NCBI RefSeq assembly: GCF_963921235.1
Contig: NC_086097.1
Coordinates: forward strand, 173,478,001 to 173,542,000
DNA length: 64,000 nt
Reading direction: 5' to 3'
Origin: Mobula hypostoma
Taxonomy: Eukaryota
Shown: positions 23,881 to 36,943 of the stretch, piece after piece
Numbering within the stretch: the first letter of the stretch is position 1
Layout: every line of letters starts with the position of its first letter
Program-made: the position numbers and the translations under genes
The notes under the pieces: generated by a model
Database searches by the model: none
What the model was told of the DNA's origin: nothing
What the model saw: only the letters and a program-made list of their open reading frames with translations

Positions 23881-25895
23881 TAGGATCTTCTTTTCTGTAC
23901 CTGATTTAACAATAAATTCATGTTTCCACTTAGTTTAACTGCTGTTCATTCCAAACCCCTTCACTAATATAGATGGAGAGATGCTTAACTGTCTACCAGG
24001 TGCCAGATGCCCTGTAGAGAATATTTCCAGCTACTTGCCATTCATAAAACATACCACATAAAACAGGCAACTATCAGTGTACAAAGTGCCTTTTGTATCA
24101 ATTTGTGGAAAAAAATTTGTCAAGGAATAAATTAATTACACTTTGTGAAATGCAGACTTAGTTTCGTATACACCAAATGCACAACAAACACTATGCCGAC
24201 TGCTATTCTATGATAAACCACAATTATAATAATAATAATAAGCAACAGAATATCACATTTCGGCTGTTTTGCACTGATGGCAGATGATGCTATTCAGACA
24301 AATAGCAACATGATATAAAAATGCTTCACATGGGTTTTGAGAAGGAAACATTTTCTCTGTCTACTCAAAGATTTGCACTCATGTCCCCTGTAAAAGTGGC
24401 ATAAATTTAACTTGATTAATTATGAGTCACACAACAAAGTTAGAGTGAGATTTGCTTTTTCCAACATGTGCAGACATACTTGGCACAAGTCAAAAGCAAA
24501 CAGATGATATTTCTGAAGGAAAAGAACTAGAATCTGTTTAGTTAAGATTCAGAGGCATGCAGATAATATAATTCTCTGAAGATATGATATAAAGCTTGTT
24601 CAGGTGCAGATTTATTTTGCTGGCAGAGTACACGCTCCTTAATTAAACAAATAACTTAACTTTGAACTGCTAGCTCAAGCCTGTTAGCACTTCAAACAAG
24701 TCAACAGTCACTCTTGTAAAAATAAACCACTGCTTTTTCAGAAATAAAAGGAGATGGAAAAAGTAAACGTCACGCTATTCCAATTTAGAACAATGTTGTT
24801 AAAACTTGATATTAATCCGAGTTTGCATTTCATCTTTCAAAAGGCTCTATCTCTGCAGAATGTTGGGTATTACAAATAGCCTAAAATTTATATTGGGGAA
24901 ATACCCCTCTGCATTTTGCTGAATGTTATTAATATTTAGCATAAAAGTGCCATAAAAGTTACTAGGCATGGCTTTCAAAGCTGCAAGTTATGTCTTCCCA
25001 AATAAATGCAAGTTTTCAGAGACAGACAAAGATATCAGAACACAAAACCTGAAATCTGAAGTAAAACAGAAAATGCTGGACATACACAGAACCTGAACAA
25101 TAACTGGCACATATAATTATAGTATTTCTTTGATAAGGTGAATGCCATCAGTTTCTTCTTTAAGTTGTTTATTGATGACATAGGATTTTGTTCACAAGGC
25201 TGTCAAGGGCTACAGAACAAAGGCAATCAAATGTTAAAATAACTGATAAGCCCAGATTTGATTGAATGGCAGAACAAGCTCAGGAGACTGAAAGTCTGAT
25301 TCTACTTCTAACGTTGATCACATATTAGCTCTAAAAGTATCTCCAATATATTCTTCAATTGCACTCTGACCCAGTAAAATTAAATATTCCCATAAAGAAT
25401 ACACTCATTCCCATGATGTAAATATTATTGGCAATAATGGAAAAGCTCTTACACATCATTACAGTCAGTTGCAGTATTCACAGGAGTCTTACAATCTTCA
25501 TTCATTATTGGAATGACTTCAAATTTCAGTATCAGTTGACGTGTATTTGTCAAAAAATTGTACATTTTCTGTTGCTCAGATTGTAAAAGTAAGAAACTTA
25601 GTTATCATTACAACAACAGAAGTGATTCGCATTCATTGAACAATCTCGTCACCTCACTGACGTAAGTGACATCATATAGAAAAACCTTGTATCTTCTGAG
25701 TTCATTACAGAAAAATACAGACTTCTGCCAAAGTACTTACTAATTGCTGCCTATAACTAGCCAATAAACCAGATAACTGACATTATGGAAAAAGAAAATT
25801 CTCATCATTATGTCTGTGCTCATGCTGGAGCTAAACACTGAGTTTAATCTTCTGCTCCTTCACAATATCAAGTTTTAATTTTTTTTAATCATATA

Positions 25896-26718
25896 CAGCA
25901 CCTCAAATAAGTATTCAGCCCCACCAACTATTTTCACACTTTACTTTCTCATTTTCTAAAATTTAAAACATATTGAAGTAGGAGTTTTGAGGTAATCTAT
26001 AAAATATTGTACATCGTGTCAAATCAAAAGAAAAATTCAAAAATCTGTCAACAATTTACTAAAAATTTAAACCCAAAATTGTGAGGGTGAAGAAGTATTC
26101 ATCCCCTTTGTAATTACTATGCTAACTTTCCTCTGGTGCAATACTGTATATTACTTTACCATCTGACCCAATTTGTTGATGTAGAAAATTGGAGGATCAC
26201 CTGCTTTCAATGAATTCATAAAAATAAATACCCCCTCTCTCTGTAAGGTCCAACAGTATAGTAGATTTTCAACAGATTAAACCAAAATGAAGACAAAAAA
26301 GAATTCAAGACAAATCAGACACAGATGGGGAAAAGGTATAAAACCATCTCAAAGGCCCTGAACATACCTTGGCGCTCAGTGCAGTCCATCATGAAAAGGT
26401 AGAAAAAAAATAAAACCACAGTCATACTGCCTAAGTCAAGTCGCCCTTTAAACTTAGTTGCCTGAGAAGAGTAGCACTTGTAAGAGATGTCAACAGTCAG
26501 TCCAAGTGAGCTGCATAACTCAGTAGCTGCAAATGGAGATGAAGTTCATGGCTGCACAATCTCTCAAAGCCTTGCAGAAAATGGCTACTTATGGAAAAGT
26601 GGCAAGGAAGAAGCCCTGGCTCAAAAAAAGCATATCCTTGTCTATAAAGATTTTCCAGAGCATCACTTAGAAGATACTATAAAGATGTGGAAGAAGGTCC
26701 TGTGGTCAGATGAGGCCT
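25896..26718 (+). mobile_element. Tc1 (Passport-like) transposon, 3'-truncated and old
   Basis: TA|CAGCACCTCAAATAAGTATTCAGCCCC left TIR; ATG26287 MKTK...YKTISKALNIP...KMWKKVLWSDE, then it ends. Confidence 0.85.
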
Positions 26719-27782
26719 AATTGGGGGGAAAATCCAACTTGCCACCAACTTTTCAATAAATTTTAATTCTGACTCTAGTCATAGATGCAGATGATATACT
26801 CAAAATCTTAAAATTCTGAAAATCTGAACAAGAGTTGCTTGTCAATTGAACCATCTCCATATTCCATGATTTGCTGTTTATTTTTGGCCTGTTAATTTTG
26901 ATGACAATTTATGAATTATCTATGAGAATGGGAATCATGACACTTTATTTCAAAATATTATTTTAAAATTTAACTGGCAACATATGTTTTTAAGAAAAGT
27001 CAGTTTTAAAGTTACAGATATTGCATTAATTTGCAATATCTCTTCTAGTTCAATAGTCTGTCCATGAACTAATGTTGTGACAAGGTCTCTTTCTGTTGGT
27101 CCAGTTTAGTGCCACCTTTGAGCCATCTAAGTATCACAGAAGCACTATTAGGGAAAATAAACTTGGATATATACGTCAACAACCCTCTAGAAAATTTATT
27201 CCAATAATATGAAGTGTGTGGTGGTTAAAATTAGTAAGTGGAGGTCAAAAGAAATTCAAACTAGAAAAAACAGATTACTCTGAAGGAGTAGATTTTTAAA
27301 AACAGTTTGCATATAAAGTAATTCTTAGCACAATAGAGTCCAGTGACAACACAGAAGCAACTGAAATTTCAAAAACGGGGAGCATGTACAACTATTTTTA
27401 AAAATTAAGCTACTTCTTCATTTCTTCTCTCTTCCCTTATTTCCCCCTCTTACTGAATAGCCCTGTCTTCTCCAATATGCAGTTATTGTTTGCCTTCTAA
27501 TCCTGCTGGATATGAATGCTGCATTTGACACTTACATCACAAGAGATCAATTACTATTATGAAATCTTATAATTATGTAAATTAAGAAATAGGAACGAGA
27601 GGTGGCCCCACAAACCTGCGCCATCATTCACCTCAACTTTCTCACTGATCTCTCCTGTTTACTTCAACCTATTCCAATAACCTACTAGTTTTTCTATTAA
27701 ATATGAATTTCTGCAGCCCTATGACATAAAGAGTTCCAAAAATTCACACTTCTTGGAGTGAAGAAACTTCTCCTCATTACTA

Positions 27783-29366
27783 CAGTGCCTATAAAAAGTA
27801 TTCACCCCCTTGGAAGTTATCATGTTTTATTGTTTTACAACATCGAACCACAGTGGATTTGATTTAGCTTTTTTGACACTGATTAACAGAAAAAGACCCT
27901 TTCATGTCAAAGTTAAAACAGATCTCTACAAAGTGATCTAAATTAATTACAAATACAAAACACAAAATAATCGATAGCATAAGTATTCCCCGCCTCCCCC
28001 CCCTTTAATATGACACACCAAATCATCACTTGTGCAGCCAACTGGCTTTAGAAATCACATAATTAGTTAAATAGAGACCACCTGTGTGCAGTCAAGGTGT
28101 TTCAATTGATTATAGTAAAAATACACCTGTACCTGGAAGGTCCAACTGCTGGTGAGTCAGTATCTGGCAAAACCTATACCATGAAGACAAAAGAACACAC
28201 CAAGCAACTTTGCAAAAAGGTTATTTAAAAGCACACGTCAGGAGATGGATACAAGAACATTTCTAAGTCATTAAATATTCCTCGGAGTACAGTTAAGTCA
28301 GTCATCAAAAAATGGAAAGAATATTGCACAACTGCAAATTTGTCTAGAGCAGGTTACCCTCAAAAACTAAGTGACTGTACAAGAAGGGGAATAGTGAGGG
28401 AAGCCACCAAGAGACCTATAATAACTCTGGAGAAGTCACAAGCTTCAGTGGCTGAGATGGGAGAGGCTACACATACACCTGTTAACCAGGTGCTTCACCA
28501 GTCGCAGCTTTATGGGAGAGTAGCAAAGAGAAAGCCATTGCTGAAAAAAAAACTCATGTGTAATCTCAGCTGGAGTTTGCCAGAAGGCACGTTGGAGATT
28601 CAGAAGCCAGCCAAAAGGTTCTATGGTCTGATGGAACCAAAAATCCAACATTCTGGCCGTGAGAGTAATAGCTATGTTTGGCGTAATCCAAACACCCCAC
28701 ATCACCTAAAACACACCATCTCCACCATGAAGCATGGTGGTGGCTGCATCATACTGTGTGTATGCTTCACTGCAGCATACCTGGAAGGCTAATGAAGGTA
28801 CAGAGTAAGATGAATACAGCAAAATGCAGGGAAATCCTGGAGGAAAACCTGATGCAGTCTGCAGAGAACTGCAACTGGGAAAAGATTTGTTTTTGAGCAA
28901 GACAATGACCCCAAGCGTAAAGCTAAAGCCACACAAGAATGGCTTAAAAACAACAAAGTTAATGTTCTGGAGTGACCAAGTCAGAGTCCAGACCTCAAAC
29001 CAATTGAGAATTTTGGCTGGACTTGAAAAGGGCTGTTCACTCACGATCCCTATGCAATCTTCCAGAGCTTGAGCAGTTTTGCAAAGAAGGATGGGGAAAA
29101 ATTGCAGTGTCCAGATCTGCAAATCTGATAGAGACTGATCCACACAGACTCGAGGCTGTAATTGCTGCAAAGGTGCATCCAGTAAATACTGACTTGAAGG
29201 AGGTGAATAGTTACACAAACAATTATTTTTGTGTTTTATATTTGTAATTAACTTAGATCACTTTGCAGAGGTCTGTTTTCAGTTGATCAGTGTCAGAAAA
29301 AGCCAAATGTTATAAAACATGAAAACTTCCAAATGAGGAGGGTTTGAATACTTTTTATAGGCACTG
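27783..29366 (+). mobile_element. Full-length Tc1 (Passport-like) transposon
   Basis: TA TSD on both sides; perfect 22-bp terminal IR CAGTGCCTATAAAAAGTATTCA / TGAATACTTTTTATAGGCACTG; ~1.58 kb. Confidence 0.95.
28181..29192 (+). pseudogene. Passport-like Tc1 transposase pseudogene
   Basis: MKTKEH...GYKNISKSLNIPRSTVKSVIKKWKEY...REATKRP...LYGRVAKRKPLLK...KHGGGCI...QDNDPK...SQSPDLKPIEN...KY*; several stops and frameshifts. Confidence 0.9.
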
Positions 29367-29665
29367 TATCTCATGCCATAATGATAATGTCCCACATTCT
29401 ACAGTCAGAGAAAAAAATCTCTCATTGCCTTTGCTATCAGTTCTTTTCTAAGTCCTAAATGCTACAATGAGAACAGCTCTTGTTCTTCGAGACTCTCAAG
29501 AGGGAATTGTATATTCATCAGATACTTTAAACCCAAAGAGAAGGATTTCCCTAAAAAAATGCAATTTAATAGCAAAAACAATTCTTATGACTATCCTTAA
29601 AGAGCCAATGTGTTCCTAAACATGCAGTAGTTTCATATCATAGAATGGACCCAAGTGGTTTATCC

Positions 29666-31880
29666 ATAAGACCAAAAGACATAGTATCAAAACTAGGCCC
29701 TTTAGAGTCTGATCTGCCATTCCATCATGGCTGATTTATAAACCATCTCAACCTCATTCTCCTGCATTCTCTCCATAAACTTTGACGCCCTAACTAATCA
29801 AGAACCTGTTACTTTCCACTTTAAGTATACTCAGTGACTTGGCCTCCAAAGCTGCCTGTGGTGATGAATTCCCAATCACTGAAATCAGGCTAACTGGCCT
29901 ATAATTTCCTTTCTTCTGCCTCCCTCCCTTTTTAAAGAATGGAGTGACATTTGCAATCTTCTAATCCTCTGGAAACATTCCAGAACATAGTGATCCTTGA
30001 AAGATCATTACTAATGCCTCCACAATCCCTTCAGTTACCTCTTTCAGAACATTGGAGTGTAGTCTATCTGGTCCAGGTGACTTATCTACCTTGAGACCTT
30101 TCACCTTTCCAAGTGCCTCCTTCTTAGTAATAGCAACTACACTCACTTCTGCCACGACATTCTCAAATTTCAGGCAAACTACACACTAGGGTGAAGACTG
30201 ACTCAAAAAACTGCCATTTTTTGTTCCCCATTACTATCACTCCAGTGGCATTTCCTGGCAGTCCAATAACTTTTCTCACCTCACTTTATTTTTCTGAAAT
30301 AAACTTTTATAGGCAATAGACAATAGGTGCAGGAGTAGGCCATTTGGCCCTTCGAGCCAGCACCGCCATTCCCTGTGATCATGGCTGATCATCCACAATC
30401 AGTACACCTTTCCTGCCTTCTCCCTATATCCCTTGGCTCCACTATCTTTAAGAGCTCTAACTCTTTCTTGAAAGCATCCAGAGAATTGGCCTCCATTCCC
30501 TTCTGAGGCAGAGCATTCCACAGATCCACAGCTCTCTGGGTGAAAAAGTTCTCCCTCAATTCCGTTCTAAATGGCGTACCCCTTATTCTTAAACTATGGC
30601 CTCTGGTTCTGGACTCCCCCAACATCGGGAACATGTTTCCTGCCTCTAGAGTGTCAAATCTCTTAATAATCTTATATGTTTCAAACAGATCCCCTCTCAT
30701 CCTTCTAAATTCCAGTGTATACAAGCCCGGTCGCTCCAATCTTTCAACATATGACAGTCCCGCCATCCCGGGAATTAACCTCGTGAACCTCCACTGCACT
30801 CCCTCAATAGCAAGAATGTCCTTCCTCAAATTTAGAGACCAAAACTGCACACAATACTCCAGGTGTGGTCTCACCAGGGCTCTGTACAACTGCAGAAGGA
30901 CCTCTTTACTCCTATACTCAACTCCCTTTGTTAAGAAGGCCAACATGCCATTAGCTTTCTTCACTTGCTGCTGTACCTGCATGCTTACTTTCAGTGACTG
31001 ATGAACAAGGACACCTAGATCTCATTGTACTTCTCTTTTTCCTAACTTGACACCATTCAGATAGTAATCTGCCTTCCTGTTCTTGCCACCAAAGTGGATA
31101 AACTCACATTTATCCACATTAAACTGCATCTGCCCACTCACCCAATCTGTCCAAGTCACCCTGCATTCTCATAACATCCTCCTCACATTTCACACTGCCA
31201 CCCAGCTGTGTGTCATCTGCAAATTTGCTAATGTTACTTTTAATCCCTTCATCTAAATCACTAATGTATATTGTAAATAGCTGCGGTCCCAGCAACGAGC
31301 CTTGTGGTACCCCACTAGTCATTGCCTGCCATTCTGAAAAGGACCCGTTAATCCCTACTCTTTATTTCCTGTCCGCCAACCAATTTCCTCTCCATGTCAG
31401 TACCCTACCCCCAGTAGCATGTGCTCTAATTTTGCCCACTAATCTCCTTTTGGCAATCTCTTTTATGTTATTGGCTAACTTACCTTCATATTTTACCTTT
31501 TCTCTCCTTATGGCACTTTAGTTGCCTTCTGTTGCTTTTTAAAGACTTTCCAATCCTCTGACTTCTCACTAATTTTTGTTATATTATATGGCTCCCTTTT
31601 GCCTTTGTATTCTCTTTGACTTCCCTGGTCAGCCATGGTTACGTCATTCTCCCTTTAAGTTAACCCTTCCTTGTTGGGATGTACAGCATTTATCCTGCGC
31701 CTACTGAAAAGCTCCCCCAAAGCTCCAGCCATTGTTGTTCTGCCATTATCTCTGCTAGTGTCCCCTTCTAATTTACTTAAGCCGACTTTCATCCCTTTGT
31801 AATTCCCTTTATTCCAAAGTAATATTGATATATCTGACTTTAGCTTCTCTCTCTCAAACTGCAAGGTGAACTCTATCATA
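29666..31880 (-). mobile_element. Older CR1 (3' tail joined to internal ORF2 segments) hosting a younger CR1
   Basis: KSPGPDRLHSNVLKE (29961-30155); WNKGNYKGM (31655-31894). Confidence 0.8.
30311..31446 (-). mobile_element. Young CR1 3' fragment
   Basis: SGVPQGSLLGPQLF...KFADDT; ORF 30389-30982 with RPHLEYCVQFW; (CAATAGA) tail. Confidence 0.93.
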
Positions 31881-32945
31881 AGAACATAAGACATAGGAGT
31901 AGAATTAGGTGTTTTAGCCCATCATTTCTGCTCCACCAATTCATCATTTCTGATTTATTATCCCTCTCAACCCATACTCCTGCCTTCTTCCTGCAACCTT
32001 TGACACCTTGACTAGTCAAGAACCTAGCAACCTCTGCTTTAAATATACTCAATGACTTGATGAACCAAATTACTCTACCGTTATCAACTTGTTTTGTCAT
32101 TTCCTCGGAGAATTCTATCATCCTCATTTGGTATAGTAAATTTATATACAGGTGTGAACTCCAAAAGTTCATAAATCTTTTCTCCAAGAATCCTGTCCAA
32201 TATTTTGCCCACCATGAACTTAAGACTCACTAGTCTATAATTCCAAGAATTATCCCCATTTGTTTCCTGAACAAAGGAATAACATATGCTAATTTCAAAT
32301 CTTCTGGTACTACTCCTGTGACCAGTGACTTCTCATACATAAGTAGTCATGCTGACTATCCATAATTAATCTCGAACTGCAAATTAATCAGAATCCTCAG
32401 AATCCCTTCTAAAAACACTTGCACCACTATAACTCACTACTTTGTAGATGCCTAGACTAACCCTGCTACCATCCTCAAATAAAGGGAAAACATTGCTTTT
32501 CTCCAATTTTCTGCTACTTTGCCTACTGCTAATGAAGACACAAAATTTCTGCCAAAACCAGTCAATCCCTTCTCCTGCTTCCCATGACATCCTAGAATAC
32601 ATCTGGGATTTGGGGGTTGTTAAATTATTATGCATCTCAAGACATCTTTTTGTAATGTTGGTATGCTCCAGGTATCACGGTTCCCTCCCCTGAATTCAAG
32701 AACTTCCACACCCTTCAACAATGTGAACAGGGATGAGAAAGATAAAGGAATATCACAAGGCATTTTATAAATAAATTAAAAACAAGAGAGTAGATAGGAC
32801 TCAAGAACAATGGAGGGATGTTTCAGCTTTACAGTGAAATCAAAGAGGTTTACCAGAATGCTGTCTGGATTAGAGGCTATGAGCTATATAAAAAGAGGTA
32901 CAATGAACTTGGATTGTTTTCCTGGAGCATCAGAGCTGAGGGGTC
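31880..32945. mobile_element. Mixed CR1 fragments (minus strand to ~32740, plus strand ~32830-32945)
   Basis: CATAAGAACATAAGACATAGG tail; NVFPLF...YKVVS remnants. Confidence 0.65.
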
Positions 32946-33234
32946 TGCAATAAACTATAAAAGCCTTGTTCTCATTCTGCATCCATCCATCACAGGTTTC
33001 ATTACGAAATGCTTTGACCCATTTTATTCAAAAACCAAATCAAAAATGCTTACAGAAAAAATTAATACCAATTTAATGATATTCAGTGGCAAAATTACCT
33101 TCCATCGATCCACTTTTCAAAAACTATACAATCTCTCCCATATAAAAGAACTCAAAATGATTTCACCCTAATTAGTTAAGGATATTTGTAATTTGCATTA
33201 TTGTGCCTTGTGATTTTAATCTACTGAATGTGCA

Positions 33235-33560
33235 ATTTATTTATTTCTTCACAGGATGTGGTTACTGCTGGCAATTCCAGCATTTACTATCCATCCCCAT
33301 TTTCCACCGAAATAAGAAGCAGTTAAGAAATAACTATACTGGTTGATCTGAAGCTTCGTAAACCAGACGAGATAAGGACAGCAGACTGTCTTGTCCAGTA
33401 GTTTCATGGTTAACATCACAAAGGCTAACTCTTTTCTTATTTAAAAATATGTTCAGATTTATACAGTTGCTTGAATTTAATTCCCCAGTTGCATGACACT
33501 GGATCAAAGGTCCAGTGCTCTGGTTGTTTGTTAAGTAACTTAACCAGTACACCATTCTGC
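33235..33560 (-). mobile_element. tRNA-derived SINE sharing the 3' tail of a CR1-group LINE
   Basis: Homologous to 43640-43945, 48430-48715 and 53165-54190 (CTGGGGAATTAAATTC, ACCATGAAACTAC, ...CACATCC tail). Confidence 0.55.
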
Positions 33561-33684
33561 CTCTTTAGTCATTCAGGAAATTTATTATAAACTTGATATA
33601 CAGCAGTCTGTTTCGGACTTTGTGTTTAGTTTGTGCCAGAAGACAAATTTACTGCTAGTCCTTCGTAAGCTGGAGACTTCAAAC

Positions 33685-33965
33685 TGCACGGTGGTGAGTT
33701 ATTAACACTTCTGTCTCAGTTTCAGGGACCCAAGTTCAAACATAACCTCCAGTGCCAACTGGGTGGAGTTTCCATTTTCTCATAGTAAATACATGGACTT
33801 TCTCTGGGTGCTCCAGTTTCCTCCTACATCCCAAAGATGTCCACATTGATAGTTTAACTGGCCATTGCAAATAGTCCCTAGTGTGTTGAGTAGTAGAATC
33901 TGGGAAGAGTTGATGCATAGATTAAAATGAGATTACTGTAAATGAGTGTTTAATGGATGAAATGA
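33685..33965 (+). mobile_element. V-SINE (HE1-like)
   Basis: V-domain GTGGAGTTT...TTTCTCTGGGTGCTCCAGTTTCCTCCTACATCCCAAAGA. Confidence 0.75.
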
Positions 33966-34674
33966 AGGGCTATGATCATCGAGGATTGGTCTTATTAAAA
34001 AAAAATACTTGTAACTGGTCTTCTGTACAAAGTTCATAAACAATATACTCAGATCTAGAGAGAGGAATTCCAGAATGAGGTGCAATTCACTGCCCTTGAC
34101 ATCAAAGCAGCATTTGTCTGAGTGTGATATTTAGGATGCCTGGAATAACTGAAACCAACGAGCACCAAAGTAGTAACAACTAGGTCATATCTCATTCCGA
34201 GGACAACTAATGGGGTTCTTGCTCAATCACTCCAGCCCTAGGATATCACTGCAAGAATTCCTTAGGAAAATGTCCCAATTACTCCATCCAGGACATTTTG
34301 CCTATCATAAGGTCACAAGTAGGTATATTCAATCTTGTTAGTGATTCAGTAGGAACAAAGCAATCCCTATCTCCATGCAGCAAGATCCATGCAACACTTA
34401 GCCATGGCTGATAAGTGCAAGCAATATATGTCCCACAATAGCGCTAGGTAATCATCTGCACTGGGACAGAGTCTAACCACCTATCTGTGACACTCAATGG
34501 CATTACCATTGCTGAGTCCCTCACCATCAAATATCCAGCACCTCCACTCAAATGGACCAGCTACAGAAATATTGTCACCACAAGAACAGATTAGAGTCTG
34601 ACTCCTATGGTAATTACAGACTGCCAACACCTTAAAGCCTTTCCATCATCAACAATGTATGCGTCAAGAGCATG

Positions 34675-34883
34675 ATGTGTTATGAAATTTGTTAACTTCC
34701 TAGCAGCAGTATAATACATAATACAGAAAGAAAATAAATACATTGATTAAAGTATATGTATATAGAAATAATTAAAAATAGTTCAAAAGCAGAAATATAT
34801 ATTATTTAACTAAAAAGTGAGGTATTGTTCATGGGTTCAATGTCCAATTAGGAATCGTATGGCAGAAGGGGAAGAAGCTGGTC
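34675..34883 (-). mobile_element. Rex1/Babar 3' tail
   Basis: Matches 56410-56650 (GAAATTTGTTAACTT..GCAGCAGT...TTCAATGTCCA.TTAGGAAT...GAAGAAGCTG). Confidence 0.75.
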
Positions 34884-34896
34884 CTCACTTACCTGG

Positions 34897-35817
34897 ATGA
34901 GTATAGCCCAACAATATTCAAGAGTGAGACGGACCATCATGCACAAGTCCCTGGACAACGGGGGCAAGAACGTTCCCAATGTCGCCCTCACCCTGATGGC
35001 CAGCTTCGTATGTGGCTGCATCAGGTTGTGTGTAGAACCCAGGTATGTGGGCACCAAGTACCACTATGTGCCCAGGTTCTACCTGTCGCCCTGGCTACAA
35101 AGGATGGGTCTGGCCCCACTCCCGCACAACGCCCCAGTCAGCTGGTCATTGCCACCATACCTGTCCTACGTAGCAAAGTTCTTCCAGGAGAATGCCTTTG
35201 ACCACAGGGCCATCAGGCAGTGGTCGACACGTAATGTCCTGCAGGCACTGCAGGAGAAGGACGTGATGGACACAGTGGGGTGGTTCCCTGAGCAGACTGT
35301 CCAGTTCATCTGGCAAAATGCCTCATCGCCAGATCTCATCAACAGGCACAAAGACCTCACCGGGCTGGCGGTGAGAGGGGCCCTCCCAGTCAGAGCCCTC
35401 CTGTACGCCCGGAACGTCGTCTCCGCACCCCACTGCCCACAGGAGGACTGCAGTGAGGAGGAGTCTGTGACCCACCTCTTTGCACACTGTCAGTTCGCAA
35501 AGAGGGTGTGGAGGAGGATGGACGGGCTAGTGTCACGTTTCATCCCCAGCAGCTGCGTAACAGAGGACTCTCTGATCTACGGGCTGTTCCTGGGGACGCA
35601 CACGGAGACCAACATCCAGTGCTGCTGGCAGATCATCAACTTGGTGAAGGACGCTCTTTGGTCGGCCCGAAACTTGATGATCTACCAGCACATGGAGATG
35701 TCCGTGGCAGAATGCTGCCGACTGGCACATTCTCGGCTGCAGGAGTACGTGCTGAGGGACGCACTGAAACTCGGTGCAGCCACCGCAAGGGCCCGGTGGG
35801 GAACGACCACGGTATAG
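34897..35817 (+). CDS. Tx1 ORF2 C-terminal region with CCHC zinc knuckle (zf-RVT); first 9 codons come from the host LINE
   Basis: KSLDNGGKNVPN...LAVRGALPV...CPQEDCSEEESVTHLFAHCQFAKRVW...VKDALWSARN. Confidence 0.8.
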   Translation: MSIAQQYSRVRRTIMHKSLDNGGKNVPNVALTLMASFVCGCIRLCVEPRYVGTKYHYVPRFYLSPWLQRMGLAPLPHNAPVSWSLPPYLSYVAKFFQENAFDHRAIRQWSTRNVLQALQEKDVMDTVGWFPEQTVQFIWQNASSPDLINRHKDLTGLAVRGALPVRALLYARNVVSAPHCPQEDCSEEESVTHLFAHCQFAKRVWRRMDGLVSRFIPSSCVTEDSLIYGLFLGTHTETNIQCCWQIINLVKDALWSARNLMIYQHMEMSVAECCRLAHSRLQEYVLRDALKLGAATARARWGTTTV

Positions 35818-36032
35818 GTTTCTTCACCCGCGGGAGTAGGAGGGGTCAGGTGGCGGGGAGTATAACCCTCAACAATGATGTGGTAAGGTGAACAACTGGA
35901 GTGCCAACGTGGGTGGCCATAAATATGGAAATGTACTGACTTTAATGGAAACGTATGTAAAGGATGGAAAGTTATTGAATGGTTTATTGTATATATTTAT
36001 TTTTGAATAAAGTATATTTTGAAATTAAAAAA
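34924..36032 (+). mobile_element. Tx1/L1-clade non-LTR retrotransposon, 5'-truncated, young
   Basis: TSD ATTCAAGA (34916-34923, 36033-36040); AATAAA plus A-tail; uninterrupted ORF2 C-terminus. Confidence 0.9.
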
Positions 36033-36409
36033 ATTCAAGAAACACAACAAGCAGAACAAAACTGGCCACCCTCCACTCTAAGCATTCATTATCTTCAACT
36101 CCAATGGACATTTCAGCAGTGCATACGTCCACAAAATACATTGTAAATACTCATCCACACTATTCCTTTTGCACCTCCTAAAAGTTAATCTCTTCTAGTA
36201 AGACAGACAAAGGCAATGGGTAGATGATAAATACTGCCAACAGTATCTTCTAATAATCCTGACTTGTATGTATACCACCATTCCCTCACTGTCATTGATC
36301 AACAAAGAGTAGTAGCTGATGGGTGTTTTGTGACTGGCAGTTTGTCAACAGTGTGGTGTCACAGAACTCAGTGCACATTCTTTACTATTCCTTCTGGGCC
36401 CAACACACT

Positions 36410-36943
36410 GATACAATCACAAAGAATGCACACCAGCAGTTATACTTCATTTGGATTTCGAGAAAATTTGGTATGTCACCAAAACCTTACAAATTTCTAT
36501 AGATGTACAGTGAACAGCATTCTGAAAGATTACATCACAGTCTGGTATGGAACACAAGAGGCTGCAGAGGGTTGTAGGCTCAGCCGGATCTATCACAGGC
36601 ATAACTCTCCCCCCATCATCAAGTCCATATTCAAAAGGCAATCCCTCAAGAAGACAACATCTTGGTTAAAAATCCTCACCATCCAGGATATGCCCTCTTC
36701 ACATTATTACCATCAGGGAGGAGGCACAGGAGTTTGAAGATCCACACTCAATGTTTCTTCCCCTTCCATTATCAGATTTCTGAATAGTCCATGTACCCAT
36801 GAATACTGCATCTTTATTCATCTTTTGCACTATTTATTTATTTTGTACCTTGCAGTAATTGTTACTCTCGCACCTTACTGCTGCTGCAAAACAACAAATT
36901 TCATGACCTATGTCAGTGATAAAAAAAAACCCCAATTCTGATT
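36410..36943 (+). mobile_element. Rex1/Babar 3' fragment
   Basis: LTNFYRCTVNSILKDYITVWYG; tail ending AATTCTGATT. Confidence 0.8.

Larger units (their letters stand above)
27580..29500 (-). mobile_element. Degenerate CR1 3' end hosting the Tc1 element
   Basis: AAGAAATAGGAAC tail and GAGTGAAGAAACTTCTCCTC left of the TA insertion site; continues after 29368. Confidence 0.5.
34070..36295 (+). mobile_element. Old CR1-group LINE RT 3' part, split by two younger insertions
   Basis: TALDIKAAFV (RT motif) at ~34090; continues at 34884-34923 and 36033-36295. Confidence 0.65.

Noticed and set aside
34887..34896. ACTTACCTGG matching the U1 snRNA 5' end beside a Tx1 element (possible snRNA target)
   Set aside because: Only 10 nt; it is part of the host LINE, which continues past the TSD
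35010..35891. Several overlapping ORFs in alternative frames and on the antisense strand
   Set aside because: Shadow ORFs of the GC-rich Tx1 coding sequence; the same applies to antisense ORFs over CR1, Rex and Penelope copies
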